Below are positions 56,446 to 64,000 of a stretch of DNA of 64,000 nt, piece after piece. The position numbers were made by a program, and so were the translations under genes. A model generated the notes under the pieces. It ran no database searches. It saw only the letters and a list, made by a program, of their open reading frames with translations, and was not told where the DNA came from. Position 1 is the first letter of the stretch; every line of letters starts with the position of its first letter. Source of the DNA: Escherichia coli (GTDB taxonomy: Bacteria > Pseudomonadota > Gammaproteobacteria > Enterobacterales > Enterobacteriaceae); the NCBI RefSeq assembly GCF_017348835.2, contig NZ_CP071375.1; one strand, 5' to 3'.

Positions 56446-58050
56446 ATGGTAACTAAAAAGGTAAAAACAAACCACCCGTACTATCGTGTTTTATCTGGCA
56501 CCTCCATGCCGTTTCCCCACATACATGAAGCTGTTTCCGAACAGTTGCTTCTACTCATTTTCAAAGCACGCAGATTGTATCTGGATCCAGAATATCGTCC
56601 CTGGTTTGATGAACAACATCGGATTCTCTCGGCATTACGCGCTAACACAAAACTACAAAATATTTTAGAGCAAAATAGAGAGGACTACTCCATAGGTGAG
56701 ACCGATAATCCACTATCTAAAGAGCTGTATGCTGCTTTTCAGGTTATGTGCCATTTATACAATGGTTTTGATAACAGACTCGTCAGCCTGAAAACCTGGG
56801 GAGATATGAACAGGGAACCAACAGCAAAATTTGTCGGCCAAAATAGTGGTGGCTGGAAAACACCTGAGATGGAAGAATTCGTCAGAAACGATTTGTTCAA
56901 TATTCTGACAGATTGCAAAGCTCATTGCTCACCACTTCCCGCTCTGGTTCGACAAGGATATTGCCATCAGGATCTTTCTGTTGCGCACTCATGTACTAAA
57001 GAATTACTGGAACAACTGAACCGATACCATCAAATTGATGAATCAGCGATACTTGCCAGAACCCTTGGTTTGGCTATTAACAACTGCTATCACTCAAAAA
57101 CAGAGATTCCTGAATGGCTTTCTCCTTTTGAAAATGAATACAAAAGTCCCTGGAATTGTGAGAAACCAGATACTAACGATGTGAGTAAACTTAGAAAACA
57201 ATTGCTAACAATCGGGCGTACAGAATTCGTGGACAAAATGTTTTCGCTAGCCAACAAAAATGCAACAAAGATAATATATGATGGATACGTTAAACTTTAT
57301 GCTCTGGAAATATATGAATGGTTAAATAAATTAGTGCAATATTTTAAAGGAAATGATTTTATTCGTTACACCTGGAAATTCACAACAATTATTTCCGATG
57401 AAAGTGACACGATTGAAAACACCACCGCATGGGAAAAAGACTATTGTCAAATCACTATACAGCGCGATGAACTTCTGAAACTGATTTATACCAATACCCT
57501 GCAGGATGCAGCAATGAATCTTGCTGGTTGCCTGCAACAGGCATACATAGAACCGTTAAAAAGGGAAATAAATTATCCAGGAATAAACATTGATGCAAAA
57601 GAGCGTGAAATTAGAAAATCTATTGAATTCAGGAGCGAACTGAATAACTTCACAAACATCATGAAACAACTGGAAACATTTGAAAAATGGTATAATGCCA
57701 ATAAAATTCTGTTGGTAAGTAACAAAAAGAAACGTACAGAAAAGATTGACGTGAATATTCGTCTTGCAGGACTGAAAGGCTATGATCTGAATGAAGGTAT
57801 ACCTGATGGTCAGGGACGCAAAATTAAAGATGGTGTGAATGAACTCGTCAAGGCAGATGGCAGTCTACAACTTCCACAAGATATCAGTGACACTTCGCTT
57901 AACCGTTACCGTCAAGCAGTTCAACACATTATTAAGGATGAGATCGACACGTTGCTGATAGCACAGAGGGAAAAAAATAAAATAAATCCATATAGCGAAG
58001 ATAGATACTCTATACGACCTTTATGGGGAAAATGTCTGGTCGAACAGTAA
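56446..58050 (+). CDS. Hypothetical protein, 534 aa, no recognisable domain (islet cargo)
   Basis: Long uninterrupted ORF with RBS-like GGAAG upstream of ATG; AT-rich, Lys/Glu/Asn-rich, predicted helical; no Walker, nuclease, TIR or other motif found by eye. Confidence 0.6.
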   Translation: MVTKKVKTNHPYYRVLSGTSMPFPHIHEAVSEQLLLLIFKARRLYLDPEYRPWFDEQHRILSALRANTKLQNILEQNREDYSIGETDNPLSKELYAAFQVMCHLYNGFDNRLVSLKTWGDMNREPTAKFVGQNSGGWKTPEMEEFVRNDLFNILTDCKAHCSPLPALVRQGYCHQDLSVAHSCTKELLEQLNRYHQIDESAILARTLGLAINNCYHSKTEIPEWLSPFENEYKSPWNCEKPDTNDVSKLRKQLLTIGRTEFVDKMFSLANKNATKIIYDGYVKLYALEIYEWLNKLVQYFKGNDFIRYTWKFTTIISDESDTIENTTAWEKDYCQITIQRDELLKLIYTNTLQDAAMNLAGCLQQAYIEPLKREINYPGINIDAKEREIRKSIEFRSELNNFTNIMKQLETFEKWYNANKILLVSNKKKRTEKIDVNIRLAGLKGYDLNEGIPDGQGRKIKDGVNELVKADGSLQLPQDISDTSLNRYRQAVQHIIKDEIDTLLIAQREKNKINPYSEDRYSIRPLWGKCLVEQ

Positions 58051-58132
58051 CTCACTGAGAAAGGGGATAGCAGTTCGCTATCCCCAAGGGAGACTTTCCA
58101 GCAAGATCTCAAAAAACGAGACACTCGGCAAA

Positions 58133-58729
58133 TTATGCGGCTTTACCATTAACAGATTCAGCCACAAGAACGACAGCGTGTCTGTTTCGCTCAGGATGTT
58201 CACTCCAGATTTCTGATTCCGGGATGCTTTTCCCGTCATAACTGATCCGTTCGCCATCAAACGGGTAATACCGTGCGGAATCAGTATCTAAAATAAACAC
58301 CTTCAGATTCGTTGAACGACGCGCAATATGCTGCCAGAGAGCTTTACCTCCTTCATATTGCTCGTTATCACTTAATAGTACAACGCCCGCTTTTGTGACT
58401 ATCGTTTCATAAACAAACGTTGCAAGACCAACATCACGTACAGCGCCATCGACAACAATCCCTTCAATCTGAGCAACATCCTGTTCTTCCCAGAATTTCT
58501 GGACAAACACGCCTTCAAGCCGGGGACGACGCTGAAGCTCCAGAGTGGCAACAACCTTATGGCGAACATCACCATCAATAACAGAAGGTGCAGCTTCGAT
58601 TACCGCAGCAAACGGAGTCTTTGGATCCCAGATGATCTGGTAAAGCACGCCCTGAATAGTTACTCCATCCAGTATCGAAAAACGACGAGCTACAGTAGCA
58701 GGGGAGTAAGACATTGGAATTACAGCCAT
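58133..58729 (-). CDS. Hypothetical protein, ~198 aa (islet cargo; convergent with the 534-aa gene, same strand as integrase)
   Basis: ORF with GAGGGG RBS 9 nt upstream of ATG (MAVIPMSYSP...); ORF-track version starts at an upstream GTG (58759); no domain recognised. Confidence 0.55.
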   Translation of the reverse strand: MAVIPMSYSPATVARRFSILDGVTIQGVLYQIIWDPKTPFAAVIEAAPSVIDGDVRHKVVATLELQRRPRLEGVFVQKFWEEQDVAQIEGIVVDGAVRDVGLATFVYETIVTKAGVVLLSDNEQYEGGKALWQHIARRSTNLKVFILDTDSARYYPFDGERISYDGKSIPESEIWSEHPERNRHAVVLVAESVNGKAA

Positions 58730-58858
58730 TTTTGAATCCCCTCTGAGTAATACCGGCACGAAAATTTACCTCAATAATTATAGTAAACAATACAAGAACC
58801 AAGTGCATCAACAATACCCATCAATTGTACACAATTCGTACAGCGACCAGGAACTCCC

Positions 58859-60175
58859 TCACCTTCTGCCAAACAGATTGACAACATTATTGCCTGTTTG
58901 CTGTTGATAGTTATTAACCCGGTCCTCCCAGATCTCAAGTGCTCTGCGTTTTTCTGGCAAATAATCGTATCGATCATAATGTTTTGAACTGACATCGTTC
59001 AACGCATGATTTTGAATACGATCGCGGATTTCCTTACTGATCCCAGCTTCTCCCATTAACGTTTTACAGGTCCGACGTAAGTCACGTGCTGTAAAAATTT
59101 TAAAGTCAGGATTAAAAGCCCGGAAATACATGATAGCGCGAGCCAGACTGTCCGTACGAACCGGACGCTTACCATTAGTCGAAAGTGGAAAAATGTAAGG
59201 GCTGGATTTTTCTTTTGTTAACTCCTGCACACAGGATAATTCCTGTAATGCTGATTCAGTCAACGGTATCAAATGCTCTCGTTTATTTTTAGAGACATCA
59301 GCAGTCACCAGCAGCGTTTTTTGTTGAAAATCAACATCACACCACTGACTGGCGATCATTTCGAAGGGACGTTGCCCTCCGGTATAGATACAGAATCGGA
59401 TCAAATGTTGCATCAATAATCCAACGTTGGTTGCTTCAGCAAAATGTTCCATTAGAAAACGCAACTCTTCAAGTGTCAGCCAGGTATCACCGACTTTTTC
59501 AGCAGATGACTGTTTCGGTATCACTGACACCGGATTTGCCTCCAGCCCAAAAGTAATCCCTGCACTTGTGTTCATCGGATCGTTATCTGCTTTCAGTCCA
59601 TAGTTAAATGCAGCCATCAGGTAAGAACGGATCCGGTTAGAGTGAACCACAGCACCACGCTGAATGATCCCGGCCAGGATATGTTTAATCTGTCCGGAAG
59701 TCACATCTTTAGCTTTAGTTTCACGGGGGATCACTGTATAGCATTCATTTTCAAGGCGTTTCAGAACATCCTGCCATGTCCTCTTATTATCAATTTTCAT
59801 TTTGTTAACATAACCATGAATCAATGCTTCAAATGAGCCCTGTGATTGATGGAGTTGTATCCGCTGCTGTTCTGCAAACTGTTGTCGTTCCAGTTCTGCC
59901 TGGGGATCCTTTCCTTCAATGAGCCAGGCACCATACTTTTTTGCCAGTTCATTCGCTGTGGCCAGTTTCATCTCAGGCCATATACCCAATTGAATGAATC
60001 TTTCTTTTTTCCCTTTTTCCACGTAATAGCGGAAATAGAAAATCTTGCTGCCAGAAGACTGAACTTTGACACCAAGTCGTCCAGTGCCACGTTGAGAGCT
60101 GTTGCTCCAGACATAGAACGATGTCTTTTTTGCTTTCAATGCTCGGATGGCTGTTTCAGTAAGATTGACGGCCAT
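58859..60175 (-). CDS. Tyrosine site-specific integrase (P4-like, N-terminal DUF4102-type arm-binding domain)
   Basis: 438 aa; C-terminal catalytic region with R...HxLR...Y pattern (..LRRTCKTL.., ..HYDRYDY..); adjacent to tRNA-derived att repeat. Confidence 0.85.
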   Translation of the reverse strand: MAVNLTETAIRALKAKKTSFYVWSNSSQRGTGRLGVKVQSSGSKIFYFRYYVEKGKKERFIQLGIWPEMKLATANELAKKYGAWLIEGKDPQAELERQQFAEQQRIQLHQSQGSFEALIHGYVNKMKIDNKRTWQDVLKRLENECYTVIPRETKAKDVTSGQIKHILAGIIQRGAVVHSNRIRSYLMAAFNYGLKADNDPMNTSAGITFGLEANPVSVIPKQSSAEKVGDTWLTLEELRFLMEHFAEATNVGLLMQHLIRFCIYTGGQRPFEMIASQWCDVDFQQKTLLVTADVSKNKREHLIPLTESALQELSCVQELTKEKSSPYIFPLSTNGKRPVRTDSLARAIMYFRAFNPDFKIFTARDLRRTCKTLMGEAGISKEIRDRIQNHALNDVSSKHYDRYDYLPEKRRALEIWEDRVNNYQQQTGNNVVNLFGRR

Positions 60176-60371
60176 AGAACCTCTTTTCTAAACCAGTAAC
60201 AATCAGAATAACTCGTGATTTTGGGTCAGGTAATGGGTCAGGTAACGATCGTACAATGAAGAAAAAACGGAACCAAGCGGAGACAGAGAAAATTACATAA
60301 TTCATTGATTATAAACAACTAATAAAGCAATCGCGAACAAACAAAAACAATATAGAACGAACTTGCCTCAT

Positions 60372-60418
60372 GACTCATAATCGCTTGGTCGCTGGTTCAA
60401 GTCCAGCAGGGGCCACCA
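60372..60418 (+). repeat. Partial tRNA-Ile(CAU) (ileX-type) 3' end: 47-nt att direct repeat, not a functional tRNA gene
   Basis: GACTCATAATCGCTTGGTCGCTGGTTCAAGTCCAGCAGGGGCCACCA matches anticodon stem-loop (CAU) through CCA of ileX as remembered; the 5' half of the tRNA (GGCCCCTTAGCTCAG...) is absent and replaced by island sequence. Confidence 0.75.
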
Positions 60419-60426
60419 GATACAGT

Positions 60427-60460
60427 AAAGGCTGACGAGAAATCGTCAGCCTTTTTCTTT
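60427..60460 (+). terminator. Native ileX terminator
   Basis: Hairpin ggctgacga...tcgtcagcc followed by TTTTTC. Confidence 0.6.
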
Positions 60461-60471
60461 TCATATATCAG

Positions 60472-61236
60472 TTACTTCGCGTGCCAGTAAGCCGCTGCAC
60501 GTACCTGTTGAGGGTCATACTGTTCCGCTTCAAAGCGACGGCTTAAATTCTTCACCACCTTCCCTTCGCCGGTTATCCAGATGAAGTAATCATCGGCAGG
60601 GATTTGCATCTGCGCCAGACGCGCATCTACCGCCTGCTCATCATGTGCCAGCCATTCGATATTAAAACCATCAAGGTGCGCGAGATAATCCTGACAGGCG
60701 TTATCCCGCACGCTAACCAGCGCGCTAACTTGCGGTTTAACGGCAAGTTTGCTCAACGTTTCCAGGCGGCGGCGCAGTGCGGGCATTCCGGATTCATCGC
60801 AGACATACAGCTGATACGCGTAATCTTCCGGCACCACCAGCGAACCGCGCGGACCTGCCACCGTGAGTTTATCGCCCGGTTGGGCCTGCATTGCCCAGCT
60901 ACTGGCGACGCCGTCTTCGTGAATAAAGAAATCAATCGCCAGTTCATGGCGTAGTTCGTCATACAACGGCGTATAGTCACGCGACGGTGGGCGTGGTCCT
61001 TCCGGCCAGACGATGCCCTCTTCCGTTACCGTTGGCGGCACAAAGTGAGCGTCAGGTTGAGGAAAGAAGAGTTTGCTGTGATCGTCAAAGCCGCGCGATG
61101 TAAAACCGTCCAGCGCCTCGCCGCCAAGGACAATGCGCTGAAAACCGGCGCTGATACGCTCAACGCGTAGCACAGTCAGTTCACGGAACCGCAGATCATT
61201 GCGAACGCGCTGCGGGTAGCGGGGGGTGTTATTCAT
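60472..61236 (-). CDS. yqjH: NADPH-dependent ferric-siderophore reductase (siderophore-interacting protein, FAD-binding)
   Basis: 254 aa, MNNTPRYPQRVRNDLRFRELTVLRVERIS..., ViuB-like. Confidence 0.9.
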   Translation of the reverse strand: MNNTPRYPQRVRNDLRFRELTVLRVERISAGFQRIVLGGEALDGFTSRGFDDHSKLFFPQPDAHFVPPTVTEEGIVWPEGPRPPSRDYTPLYDELRHELAIDFFIHEDGVASSWAMQAQPGDKLTVAGPRGSLVVPEDYAYQLYVCDESGMPALRRRLETLSKLAVKPQVSALVSVRDNACQDYLAHLDGFNIEWLAHDEQAVDARLAQMQIPADDYFIWITGEGKVVKNLSRRFEAEQYDPQQVRAAAYWHAK

Positions 61237-61257
61237 TGTTATCGCCTTCGTGATGGT

Positions 61258-61314
61258 AATCAGATATATCTAAATAAAACTCGCAAATGATAATGATTGT
61301 TAATCATGATAAAT
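61258..61314. promoter_or_regulatory. yqjH promoter region: palindrome ATCAGATATATCTAAAT plus Fur-box-like AAATGATAATGATTGTTAATCATGATAAAT
   Basis: Near-perfect dyad symmetry seen directly; matches Fur consensus GATAATGATAATCATTATC; yqjH is a known Fur- and YqjI-regulated gene. Confidence 0.55.
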
Positions 61315-61389
61315 GCAAGCGATTTGTAGAACTGATATGTCTATAGTCTGATAAGACGAACCGCCTCTTCTCAGGCATCATTACTCAAC

Positions 61390-61424
61390 GCCGGATGCGG
61401 CGTGAACGCCTTATCCGGCCTACG
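61390..61424. repeat. REP element in yqjH-yqjI intergenic region
   Basis: gccggatgcggcgtgaacgccttatccggcctac. Confidence 0.7.
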
Positions 61425-61477
61425 TGTGAGATGAGTCCACGTTTAAAAATCATTTTTACACTTGCAAGAGCTCTCAT

Positions 61478-61505
61478 ATCAGATATAAATTAGATATATC
61501 TAATT
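61478..61505. promoter_or_regulatory. Second palindromic operator-like site (ATCAGATATAaattAGATATATCTAAT) immediately upstream of yqjI
   Basis: Shares the AGATATATCT core with the site at 61258-61275; sits 20 bp upstream of the yqjI start, consistent with autoregulation. Confidence 0.45.
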
Positions 61506-61523
61506 AAGCAAAAGGAGGCTGAT

Positions 61524-62147
61524 ATGAGCCATCATCACGAAGGGTGTTGTAAACATGAAGGCCAGCCACGCCATGAGGGCTGCTGCAAAGGTGAGAAGTC
61601 AGAACACGAGCACTGCGGACACGGTCACCAGCATGAACACGGTCAATGCTGCGGTGGTCGCCACGGTCGCGGCGGCGGTCGTCGACAACGTTTCTTTGGT
61701 CACGGTGAATTGCGTCTGGTGATTCTGGATATTCTCTCGCGCGATGACAGCCACGGTTACGAATTGATTAAAGCGATTGAGAATCTAACCCAAGGGAATT
61801 ACACCCCAAGCCCGGGCGTCATCTACCCGACGCTGGATTTTCTGCAGGAGCAGTCGCTGATTACCATCCGCGAAGAGGAAGGTGGTAAGAAGCAGATTGC
61901 GCTGACCGAACAAGGCGCGCAGTGGCTGGAAGAAAACCGCGAACAGGTGGAGATGATTGAAGAACGCATCAAAGCGCGTTGCGTTGGCGCTGCGCTGCGC
62001 CAGAACCCGCAAATGAAGCGGGCGCTGGATAATTTTAAAGCGGTGCTGGATTTACGCGTCAACCAGAGTGATATCACTGATGCACAAATAAAAAAGATCA
62101 TTGCGGTGATCGACCGCGCCGCTTTTGATATTACGCAACTGGATTAA
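61524..62147 (+). CDS. yqjI: PadR-family Ni/Fe-responsive repressor YqjI (NfeR) with His/Cys-rich N-terminal tail
   Basis: 207 aa; N-terminus MSHHHEGCCKHEGQPRHEGCCKGEKSEHEHCGHGHQHEHGQCCGG followed by PadR winged helix. Confidence 0.9.
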   Translation: MSHHHEGCCKHEGQPRHEGCCKGEKSEHEHCGHGHQHEHGQCCGGRHGRGGGRRQRFFGHGELRLVILDILSRDDSHGYELIKAIENLTQGNYTPSPGVIYPTLDFLQEQSLITIREEEGGKKQIALTEQGAQWLEENREQVEMIEERIKARCVGAALRQNPQMKRALDNFKAVLDLRVNQSDITDAQIKKIIAVIDRAAFDITQLD

Positions 62148-62152
62148 TCACC

Positions 62153-62250
62153 GATTGCCGGATGCGGCGTACCCTACACACCCCGTAGGCCTGATAAGAT
62201 GCGCCAGCATCGCATCAGGCATTGTGCTCCAACCGCCGGATCCGGCATAC
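62153..62250. repeat. REP cluster between yqjI and aer
   Basis: gccggatgcggcgtaccc...taggcctgataagatgcgccagcatcgcatcaggc...ccgccggatccggcat. Confidence 0.75.
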
Positions 62251-62253
62251 CGA

Positions 62254-63774
62254 TTAATGCAGCACCGTCACCGCGTCTTCCAGTCGGCTGGCGCGGTGTT
62301 TCACCATCGCCGACACCTGCGCACTCTCTTCCACCAGCTCAGCATTTTTCTGGGTGATGAGGTTAAGCTCATCCACTGCACGGGTCAGGCTGGAAAGACC
62401 ATCGGCCTGTTCCAGCGTTGAATGGCTAATCTGGGCAATCAACTGGGTGACGTTTTTCACCTGTGCCACAATATCTTCCATCGTACGTCCGGCGGCGTGT
62501 ACCTGCTGCGAACCGGATTGCACCTTATCAGCACTGGCATCAATCAGCTTGCGAATATCGTTGGCAGCATTGGCGCTGCGGCTGGCTAAATGACGCACTT
62601 CCCCCGCCACCACTGCAAAACCTTTGCCCTGTTCGCCGGCTCGCGCCGCTTCCACCGCCGCATTCAGGGCCAGAATATTGGTCTGAAACGCAATATCGTT
62701 AATCAGCGAAGTAATGGTGCCAATGCGCTGGGTACTGTCGGCGATATCGTCCATAGTCTTGATCACCGTGGTCATCGCCTCCCCGCCCTGCACTGCCGCA
62801 TTACTGGCAGTGATTGACAGTTTATCGGCAGCCGACGCCGTGGCAGAGTTCTGTTTCACCGACGCCGCCATTTGGTTCATGGTCGCCACCGTTTGCTGAA
62901 CGTTATCAACTGTCTGCTGGGTATGTTCGTTCAGTTCATCGGTGCCTTTCGCTAGCGTCTCACTGCCATTTCTGACACTGGACACCTGGCTTGAGACATC
63001 GTTAATTAGCCAACGGCACATCAGGCCAAGCTGCCCTACCGCGCGTAATGTCAGCCCCAGCTCATCGCTGCGATTCAGATGCTCAACACTATTACGCTCT
63101 CCGGTCGCCACCTTCAGCGCCTGACGGGCGACATTTTCTATCGGGCGGACAATCTGCCATTCAAAACAGGCGCTTGCCAACAATACCACTAACGCACAGA
63201 GGATATACGTCACCACCGGGGCAGCAACAAACCAAAGCATGGCCGCCAGCAAGATAAACATCAGGGTCATCACTCCACGCGCCCGCCAGCGAAGCGGTAA
63301 TGAAGGCAGTTTACCCAGCCAGCCTTTACGCACCACCAGGCCTTTATGAATACGCTTACCGGTACGTCCGGCGTTCAGCGCTTTGTACAGCGGCTCCACC
63401 GCCGCGATCTCTTCATCCGTCGCCCGGGTACGAATCGACATATAACCACTGATTTTTCCCTCGCGCACCATCGGTACCGCATTGGCCCGCCCCCAATAAT
63501 GGTCACCATTTTTGCGGCGATTTTTCACGATGCCGCTCCAGGGCTCCCCTTTTTTCAGGGTGAACCACATATCCGCAAACGCCGCTTTTGGCATATCCGG
63601 GTGACGCACCATATTGTGCGGCTGCCCCTGTAACTCTTGCAAGGTATAGCCGCTCACCTGCACAAAAGTGTCATTAGCATGAGTGATATAGCTTTGCAGA
63701 TCGGTAGTGGACATCAGAGTGGTATCGTCCGCCAGCGGGGTATTTTGCTGGGTGACATACGGATGAGAAGACAT
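62254..63774 (-). CDS. aer: Aerotaxis receptor Aer (PAS-FAD + HAMP + methyl-accepting signalling domain)
   Basis: 506 aa; N-terminal PAS (..[39 protein letters not shown]..), C-terminal MCP signalling domain. Confidence 0.93.
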   Translation of the reverse strand: MSSHPYVTQQNTPLADDTTLMSTTDLQSYITHANDTFVQVSGYTLQELQGQPHNMVRHPDMPKAAFADMWFTLKKGEPWSGIVKNRRKNGDHYWGRANAVPMVREGKISGYMSIRTRATDEEIAAVEPLYKALNAGRTGKRIHKGLVVRKGWLGKLPSLPLRWRARGVMTLMFILLAAMLWFVAAPVVTYILCALVVLLASACFEWQIVRPIENVARQALKVATGERNSVEHLNRSDELGLTLRAVGQLGLMCRWLINDVSSQVSSVRNGSETLAKGTDELNEHTQQTVDNVQQTVATMNQMAASVKQNSATASAADKLSITASNAAVQGGEAMTTVIKTMDDIADSTQRIGTITSLINDIAFQTNILALNAAVEAARAGEQGKGFAVVAGEVRHLASRSANAANDIRKLIDASADKVQSGSQQVHAAGRTMEDIVAQVKNVTQLIAQISHSTLEQADGLSSLTRAVDELNLITQKNAELVEESAQVSAMVKHRASRLEDAVTVLH

Positions 63775-63821
63775 GTTCGCGTCCTGTGCAGGTTATATGG
63801 TTGTTAACTTCTTGTCAGAGT

Positions 63822-63850
63822 TTATGTCGGCCCCGCTGCGGTTATCTTTA
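63822..63850 (-). promoter_or_regulatory. Candidate sigma-28 (FliA) promoter for aer
   Basis: Minus strand reads TAAAGATA-N11-GCCGACATAA versus consensus TAAAGTTT-N11-GCCGATAA, about 50-75 bp upstream of the aer start. Confidence 0.4.
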
Positions 63851-64000
63851 ACCGATTAATTTGATTTAGATCGCAATTTGCGATTAAAGCACAAATCTAA
63901 TTCGTTGATTTAAAATACTTTCACTCTGTTACTATACGAAAACGTTAATTATCTTGCCCAAAAATCAGGCAATTATTGCCCTGAAAACGTGCATTTGCGC

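Larger units (their letters stand above)
56317..60418. mobile_element. Remnant of an integrase-bearing genomic islet inserted at tRNA-Ile(CAU) ileX; left side interrupted by IS629
   Basis: AT-rich DNA with atypical codon usage, P4-type integrase gene, bounded on the right by a 47-nt direct copy of the ileX 3' end just before native flank (ileX terminator, yqjH). Confidence 0.7.

Noticed and set aside
56900-56930. Walker-A-like stretch GQNSGGWKT in the 534-aa orphan protein
   Set aside because: Does not fit GxxxxGK[ST] (Trp where the invariant Lys spacing requires Gly-Lys) and no Walker B follows, so it is not called a P-loop NTPase.
60355-60430. Possible intact tRNA gene next to the integrase
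   Set aside because: Only the 3' 47 nt match tRNA-Ile(CAU); the upstream sequence cannot form the acceptor stem or D-arm, so it is an att repeat, not a gene.

Overview
The window is an Escherichia/Shigella-type chromosomal segment that I identified by reading the ORF translations against remembered E. coli K-12 proteins; no database search was run. From 1 to about 54,750 it is collinear with the K-12 region ribB–zupT–ygiDCB–tolC–nudF–yqiB–cpdA–yqiA–parE ... qseBC–ygiWV–ygiS–parC–plsC–ftsP–ygiQ–yqhHG–dkgA–yqhDC–yghB–metC–exbBD–yghA–yqhA–yghZ–yghX–yghW–hybOABCDEFG–yghU–gss–pitB, read in the opposite orientation to K-12 numbering. Three things depart from that backbone. (1) A roughly 7 kb accessory iron-uptake locus sits between parE and ygiN: a TonB-dependent receptor divergent from an ABC importer operon that ends in an RpiR/SIS-family regulator. 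(2) Two K-12 loci appear to be absent at their expected sites: ygiZ between mdaB and qseC, and the mqsRA toxin-antitoxin pair between ygiV and ygiS. (3) At the right end a complete IS629-like element has truncated a gene next to pitB and abuts foreign, AT-rich DNA. That DNA carries two uncharacterised genes and a P4-type tyrosine integrase, and ends in a 47-nt copy of the 3' end of tRNA-Ile(CAU) (ileX) immediately before yqjH–yqjI–aer. The integrase islet with its two orphan cargo genes is the best candidate for an undescribed system, possibly a phage-defence cassette, but I could assign no domain to either protein. The IS629/ileX junction also implies a large rearrangement relative to K-12, most simply an inversion of about 80 kb. 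No CRISPR array, rRNA or intact tRNA gene was found.
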